A DNA stretch of 63,516 nucleotides, counting the filler. It is 7 parts of 7 records of this genome, joined end to end, with 100 filler letters (N's around TTAATTAATTAA, not from the genome) between each part and the next. Parts side by side here need not be neighbours in the genome. Positions count along the whole stretch, not along the records: positions 45,809 to 52,758 come from DRR723986_9481; positions 52,859 to 58,356 come from DRR723986_9485; positions 58,457 to 63,516 come from DRR723986_9589; 4 more parts are not named here. One strand, 5' to 3'. The position numbers and the translations under genes were made by a program. Under the pieces are notes generated by a model. The model searched no databases. It saw nothing but the letters and a program-made list of their open reading frames with translations, and was not told where the DNA came from. How positions within the stretch are numbered: the first letter of the stretch is position 1; every line of letters begins with the position of its first letter. Shown piece by piece: positions 49,320 to 58,978 of this stretch.

Positions 49320-49673
49320 ATGCGGGTAATCTGGGCCGCTTTGGGTATGCTATGCGTGGGCATAGGGCTGTTGGGCGTGGTTTTGCCGCTGTTACCCACT
49401 GTGCCCTTTATGTTGCTGGCCGCATTTTGTTTTGCCCGTTCTTCCGAACGGCTGCACCTGTGGCTGATCACCCACCCCACCTTTGGCGGGCCCATTCAAG
49501 ACTGGCAGGAAAACGGCGCAATCAACCCACGGGCCAAAAAGCTGGCAACCCTGTCTATCGGCGCTGTGTTCCTGCTGTCTGTTGCCCTATCGCTGCCCAT
49601 TCACGTATTGGCGATACAAGCGGCTGTTTTATCTTGCGTTTTGCTGTTTATCTGGACGCGCCCTAGCGGTTAG
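49320..49673 (+). CDS. YbaN/DUF454 family membrane protein
   Basis: LPLLPTVPFMLLAAFCFARSS, HPTFG, WQENGAI. Confidence 0.85.
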   Translation: MRVIWAALGMLCVGIGLLGVVLPLLPTVPFMLLAAFCFARSSERLHLWLITHPTFGGPIQDWQENGAINPRAKKLATLSIGAVFLLSVALSLPIHVLAIQAAVLSCVLLFIWTRPSG

Positions 49674-50574
49674 CTGTTAGGCGCATACACAGCTCGTCCA
49701 GCTGCTCTAGGTCGGTATAGCTAATGGTGATACTGCCAGCCTCGGCGCCCGGGCTGTGGTTAATTTCCACTTTCATGCCCAGATTTGCCGATAAATCCCC
49801 CTCTAACGCGCGGGTATCGGCATCTTTTTCAACAGCTTTGCGCGCACGGCTTTGCCCACCGCCGGTTTTCTGGCTGGGTTTGGGCTGTTTTGCCAAACGT
49901 TCGGTTTCGCGCACAGAAAGGCCCTGCTGAATAACGCGGCGGGCCAAGGCGCCGGGATCTTCGCTGGTAATCAAGGCGCGTGCATGCCCAGCCGATAGTT
50001 TGCCCTCGCGCAGGTAGGTTTGCACCTCGTCTGGCAGTTGCAGCAAACGCACAAGGTTGGCGATGTAGCTGCGGCTTTTTCCCAAGGCCTCGGATAGCTT
50101 ATCTTGTGTGTGGCCAAAGCGCTCCATCAAGGCTTTGTATCCAGCCGCCTCTTCCATGGGGTTCAAATCGGCGCGCTGGATATTTTCGATAATGGCAATT
50201 TCCAGCACTTCGACATCGTCGAATTCACGCACAACCACCGGCACATGGTGCAGCTGTGCCATTTGCGCCGCACGCCAGCGGCGCTCGCCCGCGACAATCT
50301 CGAATTGTTGGGGGTGGCCCGGGCGGGCGCGCACGATGAGCGGCTGAATAATGCCCTTTTCCTTTACCGAGGCGGCCAGCTCGTCTAGCTGTTCAGGCGT
50401 AAAGCTGCGTCGCGGCTGGTTTGGGTTTGGGTATACGCTTTCGACCGGCACGTTCATATCTGCACGGCGCTGTGTGCCATCATCGGTTTTTTGGGCCTCA
50501 GGCGCCGTAACATCGGCCATCAGCGCCGATAAGCCACGCCCCAAACCGCCAGCTTTACGCTTTTTTTCCATCAC
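49663..50574 (-). CDS. parB: Chromosome partitioning protein ParB
   Basis: GLGRGLSAL, NPNQPRR, AGERRWRAAQ, ENIQRADL. Confidence 0.96.
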   Translation of the reverse strand: MMEKKRKAGGLGRGLSALMADVTAPEAQKTDDGTQRRADMNVPVESVYPNPNQPRRSFTPEQLDELAASVKEKGIIQPLIVRARPGHPQQFEIVAGERRWRAAQMAQLHHVPVVVREFDDVEVLEIAIIENIQRADLNPMEEAAGYKALMERFGHTQDKLSEALGKSRSYIANLVRLLQLPDEVQTYLREGKLSAGHARALITSEDPGALARRVIQQGLSVRETERLAKQPKPSQKTGGGQSRARKAVEKDADTRALEGDLSANLGMKVEINHSPGAEAGSITISYTDLEQLDELCMRLTANR

Positions 50575-50582
50575 CGCCCCCT

Positions 50583-51392
50583 TTAAGCCGCCATTACAGC
50601 GTTGTTATGCAATAATTCACGCGCCAATTCCAAATAGGCCTGCGCACCACGGCTGTTAGCATCGTAATCCAACACCGGCACCGCGAATGATGGCGCCTCA
50701 GACACCCGAACATTGCGGGGAATAACGGTTTTGAACACCAATTCACCCAGGTTATCGCGCGCGTCCTGTTCAACCTGCAACGACAACTTATTGCGCATGT
50801 CATACATGGTTAGCACAACACCTTCGATCCGTAGGCCCGGATTGGCGGTTTGGCGCACCTCGCGGATTGTCATCATCAACTGCGACAACCCCTCGAGCGC
50901 AAAAAACTCGGATTGTAACGGCACCAACACCGAATGCGCCGCAACCATGGCATTTACCGTCAACAGGCTAAGCGATGGGGGGCAATCTATCAGGATGTAA
51001 TCCAGGTGAAACCCGTCGATTGCGGGCTGGCGCAAGGCATCGTGCAGCAAAAAGCTGCGTTTTTCAGTTGAAAACAGCTCGATATCAGCGGAGCTCAGAT
51101 CGACCGTAGCAGGAATAATCAGCAAGCCCTCGGTGCTGGTGGGTTTAACCACATCGGCCAGCGCCACATCATCAAGCAGCAGGTCATATGTGGTTAAATC
51201 GCGGTCTTGCCCGTCGATCCCCAACCCGGTCGAGGCATTTCCCTGCGGATCCAGGTCAACGATCAACACGCGCATCCCATTAGCCACCAAGGCCGCCGCC
51301 AGATTAATGGCAGTTGTGGTTTTGCCCACGCCACCCTTTTGGTTTGCAACAGCAATAATGCGGGGGCTTACAGACCGAATTTGGTCAGACAC
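50583..51392 (-). CDS. parA: Chromosome partitioning ATPase ParA
   Basis: NQKGGVGKTTT, DLDPQGNAST, IDCPPSL, IPRNVRVSEAPS. Confidence 0.96.
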   Translation of the reverse strand: MSDQIRSVSPRIIAVANQKGGVGKTTTAINLAAALVANGMRVLIVDLDPQGNASTGLGIDGQDRDLTTYDLLLDDVALADVVKPTSTEGLLIIPATVDLSSADIELFSTEKRSFLLHDALRQPAIDGFHLDYILIDCPPSLSLLTVNAMVAAHSVLVPLQSEFFALEGLSQLMMTIREVRQTANPGLRIEGVVLTMYDMRNKLSLQVEQDARDNLGELVFKTVIPRNVRVSEAPSFAVPVLDYDANSRGAQAYLELARELLHNNAVMAA

Positions 51393-52002
51393 GGGAAACT
51401 CCTTCAACAGCAAGCACAACAGCCTCGGCTTGGGTTATACTGCCATGGGCGGTGAAACTGAAACACCAATTTTGCTGTGCCTGGGCCACTTCTGCCGCCC
51501 ATTTTGCCCCTTTTGGGAAAATTCCGATGCTGTGTTCAACACCATGCAGCTCGAAAAACCCCAACAGCGTATCCAAATCAGCCAAAGCGCGCGCTGAAAT
51601 AACATCGGCGTGCAGGTTTGGCAGCTGTTCGATTCTTTCATCCAGCACTTTGGCGTTTAACCCAAGCTCGCGGATCACTGTGCGCAAAAAGACCGCTTTG
51701 CGCTGGTCGCTTTCCACCAAAATGATCTGACCGTCTGGGTGATATTCTTTGGCAAATATCGCCATAACAAGCCCTGGAAAACCGCCGCCGCTGCCAAAAT
51801 CGCCCCAAATATGCCAATTTTTTGGCGCATATTGCCAAATTTGCACAGAATCCACGATGTGGCGGTCCCACAGGTCTGGCAGGGTTGACCGCGCCACAAG
51901 GTTAATACGCGGGTTCCACTTTTCCACCAGGGCCACATAGGCGCCCAAGCGCGCAAATGTTTCACGTGAAACATTCAAGCTATCCGCTGTCGGCGCGCTC
52001 AT
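51385..52002 (-). CDS. rsmG: 16S rRNA m7G527 methyltransferase RsmG (GidB)
   Basis: NVSRET, WNPRINLV, RHIVDS, DFGSGGGFPG, ISARALA. Confidence 0.95.
   Translation of the reverse strand: MSAPTADSLNVSRETFARLGAYVALVEKWNPRINLVARSTLPDLWDRHIVDSVQIWQYAPKNWHIWGDFGSGGGFPGLVMAIFAKEYHPDGQIILVESDQRKAVFLRTVIRELGLNAKVLDERIEQLPNLHADVISARALADLDTLLGFFELHGVEHSIGIFPKGAKWAAEVAQAQQNWCFSFTAHGSITQAEAVVLAVEGVSRV
51958..51973. promoter_or_regulatory. parS centromere site within the rsmG 5' end
   Basis: Perfect TGTTTCACGTGAAACA palindrome upstream of parAB. Confidence 0.93.
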
Positions 52003-52758
52003 GCAGATTTTTCGCGTTTCAGGCGCCGCAGGATCGACAAAATCAATGTTAACGCGGCGGGTGTCATGCCGTCGATGCGCGCCGCTTGCGACAGGTTTTC
52101 AGGGCGGGCCAGTTTTAGCTTGGCCTCTAATTCGTTGGAAAGCCCCTCGACTTTGTCAAAGGAAAACTGTGGTGGGATGATGTGTTGCTCGTCACGGCGC
52201 AGGGCCTCGACATCGCGCTTTTGCCGCTCGATATAATTGGCATAAAGCGCATCACATACCAGCTGCTGTTGTGTTTCAGTGTCTATTTCGGCCAAATCTG
52301 GCTGCAACTGCGCAACCTGTTCAAACCCGATTTCCGGGAAAGACAGCAGCTGAAACGCCGTGCGGCGTGCGCCATCTTGGTTCACGCTTAGGCCCAAGGC
52401 CGCAACCTGGCGCGGGGTAAAGCTGGTGCTTTCCAGCTGCGCACGCCCCTTTTGCAGCCTCTCGGCCTTATCCTCAAACGCCGCGCGGCGCGCTTCACCT
52501 ACCAAACCCAGCTGAATACCAGCCGGTGTTAACCGCTGATCGGCGTTATCTGCACGCAACGACAGGCGGTATTCGGCCCGGCTGGTAAACATGCGATACG
52601 GCTCGGTCACACCGCGTGTTGTCAGGTCATCGATCATCACACCGATATAGCTGTCGGTTCGGCTAAAAACATGCGGCGCGCGACCCAAGGCAGACAGCGC
52701 TGCATTCAGCCCCGCAACCAGCCCCTGCGCCGCCGCCTCTTCGTAACCCGTGGTGCCA
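51999..52758 (-). CDS. mnmG: tRNA modification enzyme MnmG (GidA), C-terminal part
   Basis: GTTGYEEAAAQGL, SYIGVMIDDL, EPYRMFTSRAEYRL, RADNAD; 5' end lost at the spacer. Confidence 0.96.
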
Positions 52759-52858
52759 NNNNNNNNNNNNNNNNNNNNNNNNNNNNNNNNNNNNNNNNNN
52801 NNTTAATTAATTAANNNNNNNNNNNNNNNNNNNNNNNNNNNNNNNNNNNNNNNNNNNN
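52759..52858. other. Artificial contig spacer
   Basis: N-run with TTAATTAATTAA. Confidence 0.98.
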
Positions 52859-52895
52859 GGGGGGTGTACGCCCGGTGTACCGGGGGTGACAGGCC

Positions 52896-53639
52896 CTATC
52901 GGGCCATCAAACGCCCGACACGCAGCGCCGGTTCCACCCCCGCCAGCCGCGTCATATGCCAACCCAGAACCTGGTTCGAGGATAGAACCGGCAGCGCCGT
53001 CGCAGCCTCGATCCGGTCAATCACATCCAGCGTGCGCAGATTGGTGCAGGACAGGAAGATCGCATCGAAATCGCCTTGTTTCGCAAGGGTTTCCGCCGCT
53101 TCCGCGATCGATTCTGGCGCGATCCGAGCGGCAAATTCCTCGCGCTCTTCGTTGAACGTGCCCAGCAAGGCAACCTCGATCCCGGCCCGGCCCAGCGCGG
53201 AAATCAACGAGGTATTGACCTCTGCCACGTAAGGCGACAGCACCGCCAGACGCCGCACGCCAAGTTGCTCACAGGCTGCGATCAGTGACGTCAAAGGATC
53301 CGTTACAGCTTTGGTTTCGCAGCCTTTTTTTACCATACCCGCGACGGTATCGGCCCCGATAACAGAGGTGCCAGAGGTGCAGCCATAACCCACCACATCA
53401 AACCGCGCGGGCAGCGGGAACAACCGCGCCGCGCCGGTCAGGTTCCCCTCCATCTCGGCCAAAGTGTCGTTCGTCACCTCGGTCCCGCTCGGCACGCGGG
53501 TGACATAGCTGGCGATCCCGTCCAGGGGCAAAATCCGCCGCATGTCATGTTCGATGGTTTCGTCCGATTGCAGGGCAATCAGCCCGATCGTGGCGCGGGT
53601 TCCAAGCTGCGGGGCAAGGTCATAGGTAAACTGCATCAC
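52896..53639 (-). CDS. Maleate isomerase / Asp-Glu racemase family protein (EutA-like)
   Basis: GLIALQSDETIE, YGCTSG and LSCTNL (two Cys), VLSSNQ. Confidence 0.85.
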   Translation of the reverse strand: MMQFTYDLAPQLGTRATIGLIALQSDETIEHDMRRILPLDGIASYVTRVPSGTEVTNDTLAEMEGNLTGAARLFPLPARFDVVGYGCTSGTSVIGADTVAGMVKKGCETKAVTDPLTSLIAACEQLGVRRLAVLSPYVAEVNTSLISALGRAGIEVALLGTFNEEREEFAARIAPESIAEAAETLAKQGDFDAIFLSCTNLRTLDVIDRIEAATALPVLSSNQVLGWHMTRLAGVEPALRVGRLMAR

Positions 53640-54775
53640 AGGATCCTCAGATCAGGGGCTGAGAAGGGCGACAGCCGCTCTGGCCCGCTGTCCCGAACGA
53701 CAATATTCTCTTCGTGAACAAGGATTTGCCCATTAGCGATCTCAACTCCCGGTTCCAGCGTCAGCACCATTCCGGGCTGCAAAACCGTGTGGTCATCGGG
53801 GATGAGAGAGGGCCATTCCGTCAGCTGCATTCCCAGCCCGTGGCCATAACGTCCGGCCGCTGACCCGCCCGCGCCGCCGGTCAGAACCTTGTCCATCGCG
53901 TGGAACAGATCCGCCGCCGTCGCCCCCGGTTTCGAAACCTCCATCGCTGCATCCACCGCCTCGATCAGACGGCGATGCCCGTCAAGACAGCGCGTATCCA
54001 CGGGACCGACCCCGAAATTCCGGTCGTAGTCACAGAAATACCCGTCCCAGACGAGCCCCGTATCCAGCATCAACACATCCCCCGCCGAAAGCGGCGTATC
54101 GGATGCGGGCGAGATCACGTCGTCATACCCCAAAGGCCCCGCGCCACCGGCAAGGTAAGGCACCCAATCCGCGCCTTCCTCCAGACTCAGCATCTGAAAC
54201 CGGCGAAAGACCTGCGACAGCGGCACACCGGCCGCGGCGATTTCACCTACCCGGCCGAACGCCCGGCCCGCGATGGTGCAGGCAGTGCGGATCTTGTCGA
54301 TCTCTGCCTCGGATTTCACCAGCCGCAGCGCACGCATAATTCCTTGATCAGACACCAGATTTACCGAGGCGCCAAGCCGCACATAGTCCTCAAGCGGCAT
54401 CCGCAGATGGGTTTCATGCCCCATGGGCATCCCGACCGGACCCTCGCCCGCGACCTCGCGCAGAGTATCCGTCAGAAGCGTCACGCCGTCATCGTGCAGA
54501 TCGGGCGCGCGCCATGTGCGGATGTCATCGACCCAAGTGCGCGCCATCACCGGGGCTCCGATGGCCGGGATTACCGCAATGGGCTTGCCGCTGGCGGGCA
54601 GCACCACGAACCAGGGCCGTGTCGGGCTTTCCCAGAACCGGGTGATATAGCCGGTGAAATAGCGGACCTCTGGTTCGGTGGTCAGCAACAGAGCCGCAAG
54701 ACCATGATCCGCCATCATCGCCTGCGCGCGGGCGACGCGGGCGGCGAACTCTGCCTCGGGGAAACCGCGTGTCAT
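53636..54775 (-). CDS. M24 (Xaa-Pro peptidase / creatinase fold) hydrolase
   Basis: LRLVKSEAEI, LMLDTG...YFCDYDR, GHGLG, TLEPG, VHEEN; ATGA overlap with the upstream gene. Confidence 0.88.
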   Translation of the reverse strand: MTRGFPEAEFAARVARAQAMMADHGLAALLLTTEPEVRYFTGYITRFWESPTRPWFVVLPASGKPIAVIPAIGAPVMARTWVDDIRTWRAPDLHDDGVTLLTDTLREVAGEGPVGMPMGHETHLRMPLEDYVRLGASVNLVSDQGIMRALRLVKSEAEIDKIRTACTIAGRAFGRVGEIAAAGVPLSQVFRRFQMLSLEEGADWVPYLAGGAGPLGYDDVISPASDTPLSAGDVLMLDTGLVWDGYFCDYDRNFGVGPVDTRCLDGHRRLIEAVDAAMEVSKPGATAADLFHAMDKVLTGGAGGSAAGRYGHGLGMQLTEWPSLIPDDHTVLQPGMVLTLEPGVEIANGQILVHEENIVVRDSGPERLSPFSAPDLRIL

Positions 54776-55824
54776 GCGGGCCCCTCCGACAGGAAGCACA
54801 GCACGCGGGAGTCCGGCCCAAGGCCGAACGCGCCCGGACCTGCGGCCAACAGCGCTGCAACACCCGCCACGCCGGATTCGGACCCTTCCAGCCCTTCCGC
54901 CGCCATCGGGGCCAGCGCATCGGCGGCCTCGTACTCGGTGATCAGCACGAAATCATCCGCATCCCTCGACAGACCCGTCAATGCGATCAACGACGCTTCC
55001 TTGCAGTCGAGCCGCCCCATGGCCGACACCGGCCCCGAGGTCGCAACAAATCCACCCGCCTTGATCGATTCGTAGATCGCGGGGGCGGCGTCCGGTTCCA
55101 CAACCACGACACGGGGGGCATCACCCAAACGCTTGCGCAGAAGGGCCGCAACCGCGCCCGCAAGCCCGCCGACGCCCGCTTGAAGAAAGACATGGGTAGG
55201 CGGCTCTGCACAGGCATCCAGCGCCTCGGCCGCCATCTGAAGATAGCCTTCCATCAGGCGGTGCGGTCGGTCCATGTAGCCGGGCCAGGAGCTGTCCGAC
55301 AGCAGGGTATAGTCATTCTTCCGGGCAGATTCGGCAGCCAACGCCATGCTGGCCTCATATTCCGCACCGGCGCGCACCACCTCGGCCCCCTTGTCGCGCA
55401 GTCGCTCTGCAAAGCTTTCCGGGACGGTTTCAGCGATATGCACGATCGCCTTTGCCCCAAAAACACGCGCGCCCGCAGCTACCGACATGCCATGATTGCC
55501 GGCGCTGGCGGTGATATACGTCCGCCCCGCCAATGCGTTGGACAGATCCTCTGCCCCCGTCGCCACAGCATCGCAGGCAATGACATAGGCCGCGCCAAGC
55601 GCCTTGAAGCTGCCAAGCCCCATCCGGCCCCGTTCATCCTTGACCCAAAGCGCAGCAACCCCCGCGCGATCCGCCAGTTCGGGCGCGGAGGTAAGTGGCG
55701 TGGCGGAATGGGCTGGGCAACGCGCCAACAGCCTGGCCACCGCTTCTGCATCGGTGGATGGCGCGGGCGCGCCGGACAGATTGGACAGGCCCTGGCCACG
55801 GTACCGATTGGAAAGATGCTGCAC
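54772..55824 (-). CDS. PLP-dependent fold-II enzyme, diaminopropionate ammonia-lyase-like
   Basis: VKDERGRMGLGSFKALG (PLP Lys), ASAGNHG, SDSSWPGY, QAGVGGLA. Confidence 0.85.
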   Translation of the reverse strand: MQHLSNRYRGQGLSNLSGAPAPSTDAEAVARLLARCPAHSATPLTSAPELADRAGVAALWVKDERGRMGLGSFKALGAAYVIACDAVATGAEDLSNALAGRTYITASAGNHGMSVAAGARVFGAKAIVHIAETVPESFAERLRDKGAEVVRAGAEYEASMALAAESARKNDYTLLSDSSWPGYMDRPHRLMEGYLQMAAEALDACAEPPTHVFLQAGVGGLAGAVAALLRKRLGDAPRVVVVEPDAAPAIYESIKAGGFVATSGPVSAMGRLDCKEASLIALTGLSRDADDFVLITEYEAADALAPMAAEGLEGSESGVAGVAALLAAGPGAFGLGPDSRVLCFLSEGPA

Positions 55825-56028
55825 GGGTGTCCCCTCGATTGATAAGTTGATGCCAGACTAACGGCCTTGGCTGCATTAGGTCTTCCCTTTCCGACAGGTT
55901 TGGCCTAATAGCGCCGCCAGACATGCGCGTGAGGCCCGCTCTGGCCGGAGACGACTGGTTTTCGAACCTTCGGTCGTGGGCCCTCAGCGCTAATAGTTAG
56001 ACATTGAACCCACGAAGGGGACCGAGAC

Positions 56029-56295
56029 ATGGCAAATTCGCCTCAGGCCAAGAAACGCGCTCGTCAGAATGAACGCCGCGCCACCATCAACAAAGCCCGC
56101 CGTTCGCGCATCCGCACCTACCTGCGCAAAGCCGAAGAAGCCATCGCTTCCGGCGATCAGGACGCCGCCAAGGCAGCCCTGCGCGACGTTCAGCCCGAAC
56201 TGATGCGCGGCGTGACCAAAGGCGTTCTGCACAAGAACACCGTTGCCCGCAAAATGTCTCGCCTGTCCGCACGTGTGAAAGCACTCGGCGCCTGA
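56029..56295 (+). CDS. rpsT: 30S ribosomal protein S20
   Basis: [13 protein letters not shown]...[12 protein letters not shown]. Confidence 0.98.
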   Translation: MANSPQAKKRARQNERRATINKARRSRIRTYLRKAEEAIASGDQDAAKAALRDVQPELMRGVTKGVLHKNTVARKMSRLSARVKALGA

Positions 56296-56320
56296 GGCAA
56301 GGCTGCAACACCTTGAAAAC

Positions 56321-56348
56321 AAGGCGTCCCTAGGGGGCGCCTTTTTTT
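56321..56348 (+). terminator. Rho-independent terminator after rpsT
   Basis: AAGGCGTCCC-TAG-GGGGCGCCTT followed by a T-run. Confidence 0.85.
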
Positions 56349-56936
56349 GTTCCCGGAAATTTCCTTGTTCTCGGCACCCTTAGATCGGGCCCGCCGGATT
56401 CGTTTTCAAGAAGGCCAGAGTCAAGCGCGAAGTTTCGTTGCAGGGCCTGCCAGAGTCCCGCTAGCTTGGGTCTCAGCGATTCACATAGTCTGGGGGGACA
56501 TCGGGCGCCGCTAAGATCAGGGGAACCTCTCTGAAGGAGAGTTTTTTCTTCATGCAGCACCCGATATCTGTAGGCCTGGTCCAGTTCTAGCTGCACCATA
56601 GGTCTCAGAGTGCGTCAGAGGTCATTTCAGCCGCTCGGCTGACCTTTCGATGCATGTCCGAAGACCTCCAACCTGGGAATTTTCGCACGAATCACCACAC
56701 GACCATCAGAGTCGGGTGAACGTGTGTTGTTGTCAGGCCAGGGGGCTTCCGATCGGCCGGTTTCGGCCGTCTCCTTTCCTTGCGCATGGGGGGGCAAGGT
56801 GCGGTTCACCGCATCACGCCATGCGCAGGGCGACACGGATTATTTTGGGGGACGTGAAGGCAAAGGGTTAGGGCGGCAAACAGATCGCCCGCACAGGTCC
56901 GCAAAAGGGCCGTGTTTGAAGAATGACGGGAACAGG

Positions 56937-58322
56937 ATGACACACGACGAATGGGGACACGTTCGGGGCGAACTGCTGAAGTCTGTTGGAAAGAACAACT
57001 TCTCCGCTTGGATTGAACCGATCACTTTTGACAAGGTCGAGGACCGCACCGCGCAGCTTGTCGTGCCGACCAGCTTTATCGGCACCTGGGTGTCCCAGCA
57101 TTTTGGCGACGTGATCCTGCGGCACATGATGTCCGCAGGGGCCGAAGTGGACCGGATCGAGTTTTCCGTGGACACGCACAGCAAGGCGCCGTCAGTCGCA
57201 CGAGCACCGGTGCGGGCTGCAAACCCCGCCAGGATCAAACCCGCGCCGCAAGCGGCTTTGCCGCGTGCCAATGGCCATGACCTGCCAGAATCCACCCTGA
57301 ACGCCAATTTTACCTTCGCCGATTTCGTCGTCGGCAAGCCCAACGAACTGGCCCATGCCGCCGCCCGTCGCGTGGCCGAGGGGGGGCCGGTTTCGTTCAA
57401 CCCCCTGTTCCTCTACGGTGGTGTCGGCCTGGGCAAGACCCACCTGATGCACGCCATCGCGTGGGAGTTGCGCACCAACAAGCCCGATCTCAAGGTCATA
57501 TACCTGTCGGCGGAACAGTTCATGTACCGCTTCATCCGCGCGCTGCGCGATCAGGATACGCTGTCCTTCAAAGAGGTGTTCCGGTCCATCGACGTGCTGA
57601 TGGTCGATGACGTGCAATTCATCGCCGGCAAGAATTCAACGCAAGAAGAATTCTTTCATACTTTCAATGCGTTGGTGGAACTGGGCAAACAGATCATTAT
57701 CTCGGGCGACCGGGCACCGGTCGATATGGAGGAACTCGACAACCGCATCGCATCGCGTCTGCAATGCGGCCTCGTCGTGGACCTGCACCCGACCGACTAC
57801 GAATTGCGGCTCGGGATTCTTCAGCAAAAGGTCGATGCGCAGCGCGAACGCACCCCCGATCTCAAGATCGCCCCCGGCGTGCTGGAGTTCATCGCGCACC
57901 GCATCTCGTCCAATGTCCGCGTTCTGGAAGGCGCGCTGACACGGCTCTTTGCCTTCGCCGATCTGATCGGCTGCGAAATCACCATGGACCTGACCCAGGA
58001 ATGCCTGTCCGACATCCTGCGCGCCTCAGACCGCAAGGTCACCATGGATGAGATCATCAAGAAGACCTGCGAACACTACCACCTGCGCCAGTCCGATTTG
58101 ATGAGCCCGTCCCGCGCCCGCAACATCGCGCGGCCGCGTCAGATGGCGATGTATCTGTGCAAGAAGCTGACCACGCGCAGCCTGCCGGAAATCGGCCGCA
58201 AATTCGGTGGCCGCGATCACACCACGATCCTGCACGGCGTGCGCAAGATCGAAGAGCTGATTTCGATCGACAGCCAGATCGCCGAAGACGCAGAATTGCT
58301 GCGGCGGATGCTGGAGGCATGA
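56937..58322 (+). CDS. dnaA: Chromosomal replication initiator DnaA
   Basis: FNPLFLYGGVGLGKTHLM, DDVQF, QEEFFHTFN, RPRQMAMYL, GRDHTTILH. Start set at ATG 56937 (MTHDEW); the ORF-track extension to 56724 is not DnaA-like. Confidence 0.97.
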   Translation: MTHDEWGHVRGELLKSVGKNNFSAWIEPITFDKVEDRTAQLVVPTSFIGTWVSQHFGDVILRHMMSAGAEVDRIEFSVDTHSKAPSVARAPVRAANPARIKPAPQAALPRANGHDLPESTLNANFTFADFVVGKPNELAHAAARRVAEGGPVSFNPLFLYGGVGLGKTHLMHAIAWELRTNKPDLKVIYLSAEQFMYRFIRALRDQDTLSFKEVFRSIDVLMVDDVQFIAGKNSTQEEFFHTFNALVELGKQIIISGDRAPVDMEELDNRIASRLQCGLVVDLHPTDYELRLGILQQKVDAQRERTPDLKIAPGVLEFIAHRISSNVRVLEGALTRLFAFADLIGCEITMDLTQECLSDILRASDRKVTMDEIIKKTCEHYHLRQSDLMSPSRARNIARPRQMAMYLCKKLTTRSLPEIGRKFGGRDHTTILHGVRKIEELISIDSQIAEDAELLRRMLEA

Positions 58323-58356
58323 TCTTCCCTTCTTCTTGGTGAAAATACTCCGGGGG

Positions 58357-58456
58357 NNNNNNNNNNNNNNNNNNNNNNNNNNNNNNNNNNNNNNNNNNNN
58401 TTAATTAATTAANNNNNNNNNNNNNNNNNNNNNNNNNNNNNNNNNNNNNNNNNNNN
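58357..58456. other. Artificial contig spacer
   Basis: N-run with TTAATTAATTAA. Confidence 0.98.
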
Positions 58457-58714
58457 CCCGATCCGATCACAGAGCCAGCCGATAAACAGCCGTGCAAAAA
58501 TCGTCGCGGAGACCGAACCAATGATGGCCCAGCCGATCTGATCCTTGGTCAGTTGCAATTCATCGCGCACAACCGACATCAGCGGCGCGATACCAAACCA
58601 TGCGAAGAAGCACGAAAAGAACGCAAACCACGTCATGTGGAACGTTCTGATCTGCACCATCTTAACGTTAAAGAAATTGCCCCAAAGACTTGTGGCCTTG
58701 TTTTGAAGCTCCAT
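58457..58714 (-). CDS. narK: Nitrate/nitrite MFS transporter NarK, N-terminus (partial)
   Basis: RTFHMTWFAFFSCFFAWFGIAPLM...ARLFIGWLCDRIG; AGGAGAG RBS; FNR-type boxes upstream. Confidence 0.88.
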
Positions 58715-58803
58715 TGGTCTCTCCTTCCGATCCCCGGACAGGCCCGAATTGGCCGTCCTGAGCTGCTTTTGGAGGAACCTGTGCCCTTTCAAGAGAGCCG
58801 GTT

Positions 58804-58817
58804 TTGATCTGGATCAA
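58804..58817. promoter_or_regulatory. FNR/DNR-type box upstream of narK
   Basis: TTGAT-CTGG-ATCAA, perfect consensus. Confidence 0.88.
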
Positions 58818-58917
58818 GTCTTTAACAAATTGGGCCGAAACAAGGCATTCTCAGAAATTTGTCAGCCGCGGCGGCGCATCACGCAAATTCACCGACCAAA
58901 GAATTTCTCAAATAGGT

Positions 58918-58931
58918 TTGACATATATCAA
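58918..58931. promoter_or_regulatory. Second FNR-type box near the regulator start
   Basis: TTGAC-ATAT-ATCAA. Confidence 0.75.
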
Positions 58932-58978
58932 GTAGACAGATGATAACTGTCCGAACTTCGCTTGGGTGAACATTGACT

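Noticed and set aside
53636-54775. M24 protein as DMSP lyase DddP or ectoine hydrolase DoeA
   Set aside because: Only fold-level similarity is visible; a specific assignment needs phylogeny.
56724-56936. 71-aa N-terminal extension of DnaA
   Set aside because: Not DnaA-like; a better ATG lies at 56937.
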